A stretch of 64,000 bases of DNA from an uncultured virus (IMG/VR IMGVR_UViG_3300040815_003350) (Duplodnaviria; Heunggongvirae; Uroviricota; Caudoviricetes). The notes beneath the pieces were generated by a model that was given only the letters and a program-made list of their open reading frames with translations, ran no database searches and had not been told where the DNA came from. Position 1 is the first letter of the stretch. Every line of letters begins with the position of its first letter. The position numbers were made by a program, and so were the translations under genes. Of this stretch, positions 8,891 through 18,421 are shown piece after piece. The stretch lies in the IMG/VR virus record IMGVR_UViG_3300040815_003350. One strand, written 5' to 3'.

Positions 8891-9153
8891 TGAACCCTTA
8901 TAGTGATCATTCTTTAGGACAAGAAGTTATTAGAGAATTTGCTGCTGATACCGATCCAATGTCATTAATTTGGCATGAAGATCAAGAAGATAGAATAGTA
9001 GAAGTTTTAACAGGTAATGGTTGGCAATTTCAATATGATGAAGATATTCCATTTGAAATGGTAACAGGAGATAAATTTGAAATTCCTAAGGGATATTTAC
9101 ATCGGGTAATAAAAGGAAAAGGTAATTTAAAAATTAAAATTTATAAAAAATGA
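8890..9153 (+). CDS. Small cupin-fold protein (likely start ATG 8890)
   Basis: WHED...E...IPKG..HRV cupin-type motifs. TGATG coupling to the upstream gene. Confidence 0.65.
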   Translation: MNPYSDHSLGQEVIREFAADTDPMSLIWHEDQEDRIVEVLTGNGWQFQYDEDIPFEMVTGDKFEIPKGYLHRVIKGKGNLKIKIYKK

Positions 9154-9323
9154 ATACACAAGAGTTATTTGAACAAATCGATGCTTTATACGAGACGTTT
9201 AAAGCTGAACATGTTGGTACTACAAAAGCTGCTCATGGAAGAGCTAGAAAAGCAATTGGTGAAATTAAAAAGCTAGTAACTGAATACAGAAAAGCTTCCG
9301 TAGCTGAAGATAAAGCAAAATAA
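9150..9323 (+). CDS. Histone H1-like (Hc1-family) small basic protein, 57 aa (not in ORF track)
   Basis: MNTQELFEQIDALYETFKAEHVGTTKAAHGRARKAIGEIKKLVTEYRKASVAEDKAK*. The KAAxxRARK...E(F/Y)RKxS pattern matches the short Bacteroidota Hc1-like proteins. ATGA overlap with the upstream gene. Confidence 0.7.
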   Translation: MNTQELFEQIDALYETFKAEHVGTTKAAHGRARKAIGEIKKLVTEYRKASVAEDKAK

Positions 9324-9370
9324 TTTATAGGCTAGATTCATATCCTAGCCGATTGTATAAATGAAGTGAG

Positions 9371-9403
9371 AGATGTGGCCTCAATTTGGGGTCACATCTT
9401 TTT
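9371..9403 (+). terminator. Intrinsic terminator
   Basis: AGATGTGGCC / GGTCACATCT stem (one G-U pair) followed by a T run. Confidence 0.65.
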
Positions 9404-9416
9404 GTTCGTATATTTA
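9385..9416 (+). promoter_or_regulatory. Bacteroidota sigma70-type promoter (-33 TTTG, -7 TAnnTTTG-like)
   Basis: TTTG at 9385-9388, a 20-nt spacer, then TATATTTA at 9409-9416, upstream of ATG 9434. Confidence 0.5.
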
Positions 9417-9433
9417 AACGTTTAAACTTACAA

Positions 9434-10882
9434 ATGGAAAAAATAGTAATAATTGGAGCAGGTGTGGCAGGAGTTAATGCCGCAACCAAATTGGTAGATA
9501 ACGGCTACCCTGGTGATCATATCACTATTATTGATATGGGTAATGATCCTTACAAGCGTAAACCTGAAGAAGTAATGACAGGTTTTATGGGCGCTGGAGG
9601 ATGGAGTGATGGTAAACTTACTTACCATACCTCAATTGGAGGGCATATGTCCAAGTATTGCGGTGATGAACAGGCAATGGAGTTAATGGATGAAGTAATT
9701 ACTAACTTTAAACGCTTTCACCCCAAACCAGAAGAAGTACAATGTTCAAACCCTGTTGCCGAACCTGAGTTTATCAAACCACATTTCGGACTCCGATTAT
9801 TCCCAGTTTGGCACGTAGGCACAGATTACCTACACGAAATTGGTAAAAATTGGTATAATTTCCTTTGTGACAAAGGTGTTAAATTCGAATGGAGAGCTAA
9901 AGTAACTTCAATCGATTTTGAAAATTGTACAGGTGTAGTAAACGTACTAGAATCTGATCTAGACCACACATTTGAATATGATCGGCTAATCTTTGCTGTT
10001 GGTAAATCCGGTATTGATTTTGGCAAACATTTGATTGAAGAAAATTTATGCCCAACAGAACCCAAACCAGTACAAATTGGTGTGCGTTTTGAAGCTCCAC
10101 AAAAGCACTTCCAAAAACTTATTGATGTAAGTTACGATTTCAAATTGTATCGTAAATTTGAAGATGAAGGTGTATCACTCCGTTCATTCTGTACTAACAA
10201 TAACGCAGCATATGTAGCACTTGAAGAAACATATGGTGATTATAGCTACAATGGTCACGCCAAAAAAGACGAAGCATATCGTAATGATATGACTAACTTT
10301 GGTATTTTGATGGAGGTTCAAGGAATCGAAAAACCATTTGATTGGTCTCGTGAATTAGTTTCTAAAGTCAACAAAAACGATATTGTTGGTGGTGAAGGAG
10401 GTGGTAATAAAAAAGCTATAGGTCGCCACCAAGCAAAATATAAAGCAGGTCTTTATTACAGTCCATCAAGTAAAGATAAAACCCTTACCTCAGAAGGTGA
10501 TTGGGTAAAAGCTCACTACATTAGTGAGGAAGGCCTTCAAGATGTAAGAGATGCTTTTAAAGGATATTTTACTTACATTGAAGACTTTATTGAGGATATG
10601 AAAAAAGTATTCCCAACACTTGGTGATGATTGGGGTATGTACATTCCTGAAGTTAAATACCTTTCACCTGAACCACTTGTACATTATGGTGATTTGTCAC
10701 TTAAAAATGTACCAAATGTTCACTTTGTAGGAGATGCTTTGAGCGCAAGAGGGATTACAGTATCTGGAGCACAAGGAACGTATGTTGCTGATGCTATTTT
10801 GACTAAAAACGATATGAATCCAAAATATTTCCACCTTGCTGACGCAAATTATATTGGTGGTTTAACAATGCCTAAACAATAA
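9434..10882 (+). CDS. FAD-dependent oxidoreductase (uncharacterised FAD/NAD dehydrogenase type); start moved to ATG 9434
   Basis: IIGAGVAG Rossmann motif, GAGGWSDGKL, IGVRFE, RSFCTN and FVGDALSARGIT. Confidence 0.85.
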   Translation: MEKIVIIGAGVAGVNAATKLVDNGYPGDHITIIDMGNDPYKRKPEEVMTGFMGAGGWSDGKLTYHTSIGGHMSKYCGDEQAMELMDEVITNFKRFHPKPEEVQCSNPVAEPEFIKPHFGLRLFPVWHVGTDYLHEIGKNWYNFLCDKGVKFEWRAKVTSIDFENCTGVVNVLESDLDHTFEYDRLIFAVGKSGIDFGKHLIEENLCPTEPKPVQIGVRFEAPQKHFQKLIDVSYDFKLYRKFEDEGVSLRSFCTNNNAAYVALEETYGDYSYNGHAKKDEAYRNDMTNFGILMEVQGIEKPFDWSRELVSKVNKNDIVGGEGGGNKKAIGRHQAKYKAGLYYSPSSKDKTLTSEGDWVKAHYISEEGLQDVRDAFKGYFTYIEDFIEDMKKVFPTLGDDWGMYIPEVKYLSPEPLVHYGDLSLKNVPNVHFVGDALSARGITVSGAQGTYVADAILTKNDMNPKYFHLADANYIGGLTMPKQ

Positions 10883-10887
10883 AAGTT

Positions 10888-11145
10888 ATGGAAAAAGACA
10901 ATGTATGGCCTGTACCAAGAGTTATTAAAACCGAAGATGGTACAATTATGAGAATTTGGGATGGTAAACTCCACAGTTGGGATGAACCAGCTCTTATACC
11001 TCAGGGTGCTAAGCGATTGAGAGAATATTATCTTTACGGTATTCAACATACTGAAGAAGAATGGAAAGAAAAAAGACGAGACAGAACAGGATTACCTTGG
11101 TACAAGAATCCGGCAATGCGTGAATCAGCTAGACAAGGAGGATAA
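10888..11145 (+). CDS. Small hypothetical protein with a GKLHxxDxPA motif
   Basis: DGKLHSWDEPALI...EYYLYG. Confidence 0.65.
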   Translation: MEKDNVWPVPRVIKTEDGTIMRIWDGKLHSWDEPALIPQGAKRLREYYLYGIQHTEEEWKEKRRDRTGLPWYKNPAMRESARQGG

Positions 11146-11669
11146 TGAAAATAGGACTTTGTGGAACAATGAGTGTTGGTAAAACAACACTAGTTAAAGC
11201 TCTTTCGGAACAAGTAGAGCAATTTAAGGGTTACACATTTACTACTGAACGTAGTAAGTATCTTAATTCATTGGGTATCCCATTGAATCATGAAACTACT
11301 ATTGAAGGTCAAACAGTATTTTTGGCTGAACGTGTAACTGAATTAATGCAAGATCGTTTGATTACTGATCGTACAATTTTAGATGTTATGGCATTTACAA
11401 ATTGTGCTAGAAAAGTTAGTTATATGGACGGTGATGCGTTTGCTGAATATGCTTCTCGATTCGTGAAGCAATATGATTACATCTTTTACATATCCCCAGA
11501 TGGAATGGGTATTGAAGATAATGGTATTCGTGAAACAGATGCTCAATATAGAAAAGAAATTGATGAAGAAATTCAAAAACTTTTGCTTAAATATCGTCCT
11601 GTTTATTTTGAACTTAAAGGTTCAACTGAAGAACGTATTAACCAAATGATGAAAGTTATTAATTTTTAA
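11145..11669 (+). CDS. NadR/Ttd14-type (AAA_28) P-loop nucleoside/nucleotide kinase
   Basis: GTMSVGKTT, ITDRTILD, YDYIFY and EDNGIRE. Confidence 0.8.
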   Translation: MKIGLCGTMSVGKTTLVKALSEQVEQFKGYTFTTERSKYLNSLGIPLNHETTIEGQTVFLAERVTELMQDRLITDRTILDVMAFTNCARKVSYMDGDAFAEYASRFVKQYDYIFYISPDGMGIEDNGIRETDAQYRKEIDEEIQKLLLKYRPVYFELKGSTEERINQMMKVINF

Positions 11670-11677
11670 TATTTATT
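11669..11677 (+). promoter_or_regulatory. Motif ATATTTATT
   Basis: 3 nt before ATG 11681, at the start of the operon containing the terminase. Confidence 0.7.
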
Positions 11678-11680
11678 GAC

Positions 11681-11998
11681 ATGAAATTATGGAAAGTTAT
11701 ATTAGGTGTAGTTGCTTTTATTGGAGGTTTATTTGCTTTAAACTCTTCTAAAAAGAAAGCTCAACAAGAAACAGACCTAAAACTTAAGGAAAACGAAAGG
11801 CTTACTGAACAACTTAAAGAAGCCGCTAAAAAAGTAGAAGCAGCTAAAGAAGAAACTAAAAAAGAAATTTCTAAAGCTAAAAAGAAAACTTCTACTACTA
11901 AAAAGCAGGTTAAAGACACTACTAGTGCTAAAAAAACTGCTGAAAACTTTGAAAAAAAGTACCGTAAAAAGCCCGGACGCCCCAAGAAAAACGCATGA
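11681..11998 (+). CDS. N-terminally membrane-anchored Lys-rich coiled-coil protein (possibly spanin-like)
   Basis: Hydrophobic residues 4-20, followed by a K/E-rich helix. Confidence 0.55.
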   Translation: MKLWKVILGVVAFIGGLFALNSSKKKAQQETDLKLKENERLTEQLKEAAKKVEAAKEETKKEISKAKKKTSTTKKQVKDTTSAKKTAENFEKKYRKKPGRPKKNA

Positions 11999-12369
11999 AG
12001 CAATTACTAATAACTCTATTATTAGGAGTATCTAGTATTTGTTATTCACAAGATACTCTTCGAATCCCCTCTGAGGAACTCGAAGAGTTTTTCTTGGCTT
12101 TAGATACTTTACGCACTCAGGATTCTATTAAAACTATTTTAATTTCGGATCTTGAAGCAGAAATTATTTTATATTCTAAATTAGCCCAACAAGACAGCTT
12201 AATTATAGCGTATAAAAACAAAGAAATTGAATTATTAAACGAACGTATTGTCTTATATGATGAGCGTTTAAATCAAATTGATAAATGGTATAACAAACCA
12301 TCAATTGGGTTAGCTGGAGGATTTATAGGTACTTTAATTTTGGTTAAAGTTACATCAACAATTTTATGA
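11995..12369 (+). CDS. Secreted/membrane coiled-coil protein (possibly spanin-like)
   Basis: Signal peptide MKQLLITLLLGVSSICYS|QD, a coiled coil and a C-terminal hydrophobic segment. Confidence 0.55.
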   Translation: MKQLLITLLLGVSSICYSQDTLRIPSEELEEFFLALDTLRTQDSIKTILISDLEAEIILYSKLAQQDSLIIAYKNKEIELLNERIVLYDERLNQIDKWYNKPSIGLAGGFIGTLILVKVTSTIL

Positions 12370-13937
12370 GTGATTTAAAACAAATAATAAGACAAGAGTA
12401 TATTAAGTGTGCTAAAGACCCAGTACACTTTATGAAAAAATATTGTATGATTCAACACCCACAAAGGGGCAGAATCAATTTTCACCTATACCCCTTCCAG
12501 GAAAAAGTAATGGGGTTATTACAAGATAACCCTTACTCAATAATACTAAAATCCCGCCAGTTAGGTATTTCTACTTTATCTGCTGGGTATTCTTTATGGT
12601 TAATGATCTTCCATAAAGATAAAAATATTCTTTGTATTGCTACTAAGCAGGAAACTGCTAAAAACATGGTTACAAAGGTTAAATTTATGTATGAAAATTT
12701 ACCTTCTTGGCTTAAAGTAGATTATGAAGAAAATAACAAACTAGCTCTTCGACTTCAAAACGGGTCTCAAATTAAAGCCACCTCAGCTTCTAGTGATGCC
12801 GGTAGATCAGAAGCAGTATCACTTCTAATAATTGATGAGGCAGCATTCATTGAAAACATCGGTGAGATTTGGGCCTCAGCTCAACAAACACTTGCTACTG
12901 GTGGTGGGTGTATAGCATTATCTACCCCTTATGGTACAGGTAATTGGTTCCATCAAACATGGGTTAAGGCTGAAGCTAAAGAAAACGAATTTTTACCTAT
13001 TAAACTTCCTTGGTTTGTTCACCCTGAACGAGATCAAACTTGGAGAGATAGACAAGATGAATTACTAGGGGATCCTAGAATGGCAGCACAAGAATGTGAT
13101 TGTGACTTTAGTACCTCTGGTGATGTTGTATTCTATCCTGAATACATGGAATTTATAGAAAAAACAACAATCAGAGAACCCCTCGAAAGACGAGGTGTAG
13201 ACCAAAATTTATGGATTTGGGAACCAGCTGATTATACTAGATCCTATATGATTTCGGCCGACGTAGCTAGGGGCGATGGTAAAGATTATTCGGCATTTCA
13301 TATTTTTGATGTTGAAAATGCCACTCAAGTAGGTGAATATAAAGGTCAAGTATCTACTAAAGATTTTGGTAACATACTTACAGCAATAGCAACGGAATAT
13401 AATAATGCTCTACTTATAGTTGAAAATGCTAATATTGGTTGGAGTACTATCCAAACTATAATTGAGAGGGGCTACCAAAATTTATATTATTCACCCAAGT
13501 CGGATCAAGTTAATGTAGATTCATATTTACAAAATTATGAAAATAATGCTAATATGACTGCTGGTTTCACTATGTCTACTAGGACTCGACCTATGGTAAT
13601 AGGCAAATTTCAAGAATATGTTGGTGATAAAGGAGTTACTATCCAATCAAAACGTTTAGTTGAAGAAATGAAAACGTTTATATGGAAATATGGTAGAGCA
13701 GAAGCTCAACAAGGTTATAATGATGATTTGGTAATGAGTTTTGGCATAGGTCTTTACGTAAGAGACACTGCCCTTAAATTTAGACAACACGGATTAGATG
13801 TTACAAAGGCAGCACTAGGATCCTTCCACAAGACAACCACATCTTACCAGGGAGCATATTTTTCTAGTGGTAAGGATAATCCCTACCATATGGATAATGG
13901 GAAAGGGGGGAATGAAGACTTTAGTTGGATTTTGTAA
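12366..13937 (+). CDS. terL: Terminase large subunit (T4 gp17-like)
   Basis: LKSRQLGIST Walker A, LLIIDEAAF Walker B, STPYG, ISADVARG and the NDDLVM nuclease motif. Confidence 0.95.
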   Translation: MSDLKQIIRQEYIKCAKDPVHFMKKYCMIQHPQRGRINFHLYPFQEKVMGLLQDNPYSIILKSRQLGISTLSAGYSLWLMIFHKDKNILCIATKQETAKNMVTKVKFMYENLPSWLKVDYEENNKLALRLQNGSQIKATSASSDAGRSEAVSLLIIDEAAFIENIGEIWASAQQTLATGGGCIALSTPYGTGNWFHQTWVKAEAKENEFLPIKLPWFVHPERDQTWRDRQDELLGDPRMAAQECDCDFSTSGDVVFYPEYMEFIEKTTIREPLERRGVDQNLWIWEPADYTRSYMISADVARGDGKDYSAFHIFDVENATQVGEYKGQVSTKDFGNILTAIATEYNNALLIVENANIGWSTIQTIIERGYQNLYYSPKSDQVNVDSYLQNYENNANMTAGFTMSTRTRPMVIGKFQEYVGDKGVTIQSKRLVEEMKTFIWKYGRAEAQQGYNDDLVMSFGIGLYVRDTALKFRQHGLDVTKAALGSFHKTTTSYQGAYFSSGKDNPYHMDNGKGGNEDFSWIL

Positions 13938-13945
13938 TATTTATT
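13937..13945 (+). promoter_or_regulatory. Motif ATATTTATT
   Basis: Upstream of the portal gene. Confidence 0.7.
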
Positions 13946-13961
13946 CATATATTAATATACC

Positions 13962-15869
13962 ATGGCTGATACAAGCGTATTTACAAGATTAAGAAGATTA
14001 TTCTCCACAGACGTACTAGTTCGTAACGTAGGAGGAAATAAACTAAAGGTATTAGACTTTAGTAATTATCAACAAACAGGACAAGTAGAAACTAATTCAA
14101 TGATTGATAGGTACAATAGGTTGTACACTACTAATCAAATGCCTGTATATAACCCCGCTCTTAATTATCAAACATTAAGAACTCAATTATATTCTGATTA
14201 TGAAGCGATGGATACTGATGCTATCATCGCTTCTGCCCTTGATATATTAGCAGATGAATCCACCCTTAAAAATGATATGGGTGAAGTACTTCAAATTAAA
14301 TCTTCTGATGAAGCACTACAAAAGATTCTTTATAATCTTTTTTATGATGTTTTAAATATTGAATTTAATTTATGGATGTGGATTCGCCAAATGTGTAAGT
14401 ATGGTGATTTTTTCCTAAAACTTGAAATAGCTGAAAAGTTTGGCGTGTATAATGTGATCCCATACACTGCTTACAATATTGTTAGAGAAGAAAAAATCAG
14501 TGAAACTAATAATAGTCAAGTAGAAGTCAAATTTAAATTTGATCCTGATGGGTTAAGTGGTGGTGGTGAGTACGGAGGTTATTTTGGTGGATTACAAAGT
14601 GCCGGAGGTAATAGCCAAAATGGTAGAGCAATTTATTTTGATAACTATGAGATCGCCCACTTTAGACTCTTATCAGATGTAAATTATCTTCCATACGGTA
14701 GAAGTTATGTTGAACCTGCTCGTAAATTGTTTAAGCAGTATACTTTGATGGAAGATGCTATGTTGGTCCACCGGATAGTACGTGCTCCTGAAAAGCGTAT
14801 TTTCTATATTAATGTTGGTGCTATCCCACCTGCTGAAATAGAAAACTTCATGCAGAAAACAATTTCTAAAATGAAGCGTACCCCTTACATTGATCAGAAT
14901 ACTGGGGATTATAATTTAAAGTACAACATGCAAAACCTCCTAGAGGATTTTTATATTCCTGTTAGAGGTAATGATGCTTCAACTAAGATTGAAACTACTC
15001 CTGGCTTAAATTATGATGGTATTACTGATGTAGAATACCTTAGAGATAAATTATTTGCTGCGCTTAAAATTCCAAAAGCATTCTTAGGATATGATGAAAA
15101 TACTGATGGTAAAGCTACATTAGCAGCCGAAGATATTAGATTTGCTCGTACTGTAGAGCGTATTCAAAGAATCATCCTCTCAGAATTATATAAAATTGCT
15201 GTTGTTCACCTTTACACACAAGGATATGATGGTGATGATCTGGTTAATTTTGAGATTAACTTAACTACCCCTTCAATCATTTATGACCAGGAAAAAGTAG
15301 CATTGATGAAAGAAAAGATGGATTTAGCACAACAAATGGTTGACACTAAACTATTTCCATCTGATTTTATTTATGATCACTTATTCCACTTTAGTGAAGA
15401 TGAATATCACGAATTTAGAGATTTAGTTAGAGAAGATGCTAAACGTACTTTCCGCAACGCTCAAATAGAAGCCGAAGGAAACGACCCAGTAGAAACAGGA
15501 CAATCATATGGTACACCTCATGATTTAGCTTCGCTTTATGGTAAAGGTAGGTATTATGATGACCCCGATAATGTTCCTGCTGGTTACAATGAAAAAGAAT
15601 TAGGTCGCCCTGAAGAAAAAGTTTCAAATATTAACACACAAGATGGCAACTTTGGTAAAGACAGATTAGGTGTTAATAGAATGAAAGGTGATGAAAATGA
15701 ATCGGATTCGATTCGCCCTACATATAAAGGTGGTTCTCCATTAGCTTTAGAAGCTAGAACAACTTACTTACAAAATAAGGATATGCTCAAAAAGATTCCG
15801 TTAAATCGCAAACAATTGGTATTTGAGCAAGATGAGTCGTTACTTGATGAAGGTAATTTAAAGGAGTAA
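13962..15869 (+). CDS. Portal protein (T4 gp20-like)
   Basis: YGRSYVEPARK, LMEDAMLVHRIVRAPEKRIFYINVG, EDFYIPVRG and ALKIPK. Directly follows the terminase. Confidence 0.93.
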   Translation: MADTSVFTRLRRLFSTDVLVRNVGGNKLKVLDFSNYQQTGQVETNSMIDRYNRLYTTNQMPVYNPALNYQTLRTQLYSDYEAMDTDAIIASALDILADESTLKNDMGEVLQIKSSDEALQKILYNLFYDVLNIEFNLWMWIRQMCKYGDFFLKLEIAEKFGVYNVIPYTAYNIVREEKISETNNSQVEVKFKFDPDGLSGGGEYGGYFGGLQSAGGNSQNGRAIYFDNYEIAHFRLLSDVNYLPYGRSYVEPARKLFKQYTLMEDAMLVHRIVRAPEKRIFYINVGAIPPAEIENFMQKTISKMKRTPYIDQNTGDYNLKYNMQNLLEDFYIPVRGNDASTKIETTPGLNYDGITDVEYLRDKLFAALKIPKAFLGYDENTDGKATLAAEDIRFARTVERIQRIILSELYKIAVVHLYTQGYDGDDLVNFEINLTTPSIIYDQEKVALMKEKMDLAQQMVDTKLFPSDFIYDHLFHFSEDEYHEFRDLVREDAKRTFRNAQIEAEGNDPVETGQSYGTPHDLASLYGKGRYYDDPDNVPAGYNEKELGRPEEKVSNINTQDGNFGKDRLGVNRMKGDENESDSIRPTYKGGSPLALEARTTYLQNKDMLKKIPLNRKQLVFEQDESLLDEGNLKE

Positions 15870-15879
15870 AAATCTTTAT

Positions 15880-15888
15880 ATATTTATA
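15880..15888 (+). promoter_or_regulatory. Motif ATATTTATA
   Basis: Upstream of 15902. Confidence 0.7.
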
Positions 15889-15901
15889 AAAAAGCCTATC
15901 G

Positions 15902-16756
15902 ATGAAAATTAAACATTCTAAGTATAAGAATACGGGCCTACTGTTTGAACTCTTAGTCAGACAAATAACCGCTGACACTCTTAATGGCGGTTCTTCTCCT
16001 TCTCTAAATATATTAAAAAAATCATTCGCTAAAACTGAATTAGGTAAAGAATATAAATTATATGAAACCTTATTTAAGAACAAAAATTTAAGCGAAGGGA
16101 AAGCAGAAGTAACTTTAAATACTGTACTAGAGGCAACCCGTAAATTAAATAGAAGTGCTTTAAGAAGAGAAAAATATAATCTCATTAACGAAATAAACAA
16201 GCACTACAATATAAACGAATTTTTTAGACACCAGGTACCCAATTATAAAGGGTATGCTGCGTTTTATAAGTTAATAGAAATCTACAACTCAGATAAATTA
16301 TCTGAAACTGAAGCTATCATAGATAATAAAGTTACTATACTTGAATGTTTAACTGAACGCCCTATTAACCAAAAGAAAGTTAAACAAGACTTAGTTGAAG
16401 AATTTGCTAAATACGATAAGGATTTAAGAGTACTTACTTATAAGGTAATGCTTGAAAAATTTAATGGTAAATATGCTAACTTAAATAAGGGACAAAAAGA
16501 AGTACTTAAAGAGTTTATGAACTCTATTGATAATACACCTCGCTTAAAAGAAATTTACAATAGTAAAATTAATGAGGTTAAAAAGGTACTTAAGATCCAA
16601 GCTAATAAAGTAAAAGATGATGCTACTAAAATTAAACTTTTAGAAGTAGTTAAGTTACTCAAAGAAATAGATAAAGGTTCTAAAATTAATAACGACGACC
16701 TAATTAACCTCCTTCAGTATTATGAATTAACTGAAGAATTATCTAAAATAAAGTAA
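15902..16756 (+). CDS. Hypothetical head-morphogenesis protein
   Basis: Long helical ORF between portal and protease, with its own promoter motif. Confidence 0.7.
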   Translation: MKIKHSKYKNTGLLFELLVRQITADTLNGGSSPSLNILKKSFAKTELGKEYKLYETLFKNKNLSEGKAEVTLNTVLEATRKLNRSALRREKYNLINEINKHYNINEFFRHQVPNYKGYAAFYKLIEIYNSDKLSETEAIIDNKVTILECLTERPINQKKVKQDLVEEFAKYDKDLRVLTYKVMLEKFNGKYANLNKGQKEVLKEFMNSIDNTPRLKEIYNSKINEVKKVLKIQANKVKDDATKIKLLEVVKLLKEIDKGSKINNDDLINLLQYYELTEELSKIK

Positions 16757-17301
16757 TGGCAATCAAACCTAGTGATCTCAGCCCTAAATTTATCAAAAAG
16801 ATAGAAGATAGATACGGAAAAGTCGATATGAAAAACGACTTTTTTGCTGATGACCTAAGCTATTATGCTAAAGCCACAGATATAGAATCTAAAGAAGATG
16901 GTGGTGCCGTTGAAAGTACCATAATCAAACTCCCTAGTTTTGTTACTTTATTTAGAAGTTTAGAAAAAGCTAAAGATGATGCTAAAGAACTTGCTTCAAA
17001 TAAAGAACTTAGAGGTGATAGTGAATATAAAAACCAATATGTTCAAGTAAGAGATACATTTAATGACTTCAGAACTTTTTTCAGAAATAGTTACCCAGAT
17101 CAATATGAATTAGCAACTGGTAAAATCCAAGAACTAGTTAAAGAAATGTCTACTACAGCTGGAGCTTCGGGTTATAATACACCTTACGCTTTTGGTAAAG
17201 CTCCTATTTCACAATACACAAAAATTGGCTATAAACCAGTTAATCAAAAATCACTTAGAAAAAAATCTAAGGGAATAGATTATGTGGATCTAAATAAATA
17301 A
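16756..17301 (+). CDS. Hypothetical head-region protein
   Basis: TAATG coupling to the upstream gene. C-terminal module VKE|MSTTAGASGYNTPYAFGK. Confidence 0.7.
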   Translation: MAIKPSDLSPKFIKKIEDRYGKVDMKNDFFADDLSYYAKATDIESKEDGGAVESTIIKLPSFVTLFRSLEKAKDDAKELASNKELRGDSEYKNQYVQVRDTFNDFRTFFRNSYPDQYELATGKIQELVKEMSTTAGASGYNTPYAFGKAPISQYTKIGYKPVNQKSLRKKSKGIDYVDLNK

Positions 17302-17302
17302 C

Positions 17303-17311
17303 ATATTTATT
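17303..17311 (+). promoter_or_regulatory. Motif ATATTTATT
   Basis: 3 nt before ATG 17315. Confidence 0.7.
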
Positions 17312-17314
17312 AAC

Positions 17315-18421
17315 ATGAAGACACTTCAAGAACAATATAATTTAATTAAAGAAGGAAAAGGACACAAAGATGTGTTTTTAAAGGAAGCAAAAAGATTGTT
17401 TCCTAACATTGTTCCTAATAATGCTACTTATAACCAAACTGCTAAACTATTAAAGCAGCGTAGTGTAATTAGTGAAAATATATTTCCTTTAATGCCCTCT
17501 GCTGGGTTAAACCCTTTTTCTACTTTTGATAAATTTATCAATGAAGAAGCAAAAGCGGATGAAAAAAAGACTACTAAAGAAGTAAATCAAGCAGAAACTG
17601 CTGGCTACGACTATAAAGACCCTAAAAACCTAGATAACCAAATCTTTGATCAATACCTCAGTGGTTTAAGGGTTGAAATGGAAAAAGATCCTGAATTAAC
17701 TCTTGAAAAAGCAAGAGAAATAGTAGGTAAAAACTTAGAAAAAGATCCTATTTTCTATACTAAAAATGCTGCTTTTAAAGTAGATGGTATAGGATATCAA
17801 GAATTAAAAAATCAAGAAGAACCAACTGGTAAATTTAAATCCTCCGGCTATGGAGACTTAAAAGAAAATAAAATGAAAGAATTAAATACATTCAAAAAAT
17901 TCCTTAACGAAGACGTGGAAGAAAAAAAAGTAGTCTCCGAAAATATGCTTTCTGATGATCTTAAAGAATTGTTAGAAGAAGCAGTAGCAGGAGTTCCCTC
18001 TATTGGTAATCCTTTTTTAGAACGTCCAAAGACTAACTACGAAAATAAATTCGAGTCATTCTTGAATGAAGAAGAAAAAGTTGACGAGGAAAAAGAAGTA
18101 GATGAAATTAGATCTGCTTACAACGAAGAAAAAGAAGAGGTAAAAAAGGAAGAAAAAGAACCTAAAAAAGAAGGCAAAATGAAATATGCCGAAGTAGTTA
18201 AAAAAGCTGAAAAATTAGGTGAGCAAGCTAAGTGTAGAGTACAAATGGAGGTTTATGGTAAGAAAAAGCAAGAATTAGAAGAAACTCTAAATTCCATAAA
18301 CGAAGACTCTAACCTTTCAGAATTCATTGATGAAGCTAAAAAGAAAGAGCTTCAAAATGAAATTTCTTTGTTTGAAAAAGCATATATGGCTGCTGAAGCT
18401 AACTACAACACAAACAAATGA
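17315..18421 (+). CDS. Glu-rich prohead core/internal protein
   Basis: Many I/L-x-E sites, an N-terminus of MKTLQE, and a GLRVEME...LEKDPIFYT module similar to one in ORF 1695. Confidence 0.7.
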   Translation: MKTLQEQYNLIKEGKGHKDVFLKEAKRLFPNIVPNNATYNQTAKLLKQRSVISENIFPLMPSAGLNPFSTFDKFINEEAKADEKKTTKEVNQAETAGYDYKDPKNLDNQIFDQYLSGLRVEMEKDPELTLEKAREIVGKNLEKDPIFYTKNAAFKVDGIGYQELKNQEEPTGKFKSSGYGDLKENKMKELNTFKKFLNEDVEEKKVVSENMLSDDLKELLEEAVAGVPSIGNPFLERPKTNYENKFESFLNEEEKVDEEKEVDEIRSAYNEEKEEVKKEEKEPKKEGKMKYAEVVKKAEKLGEQAKCRVQMEVYGKKKQELEETLNSINEDSNLSEFIDEAKKKELQNEISLFEKAYMAAEANYNTNK

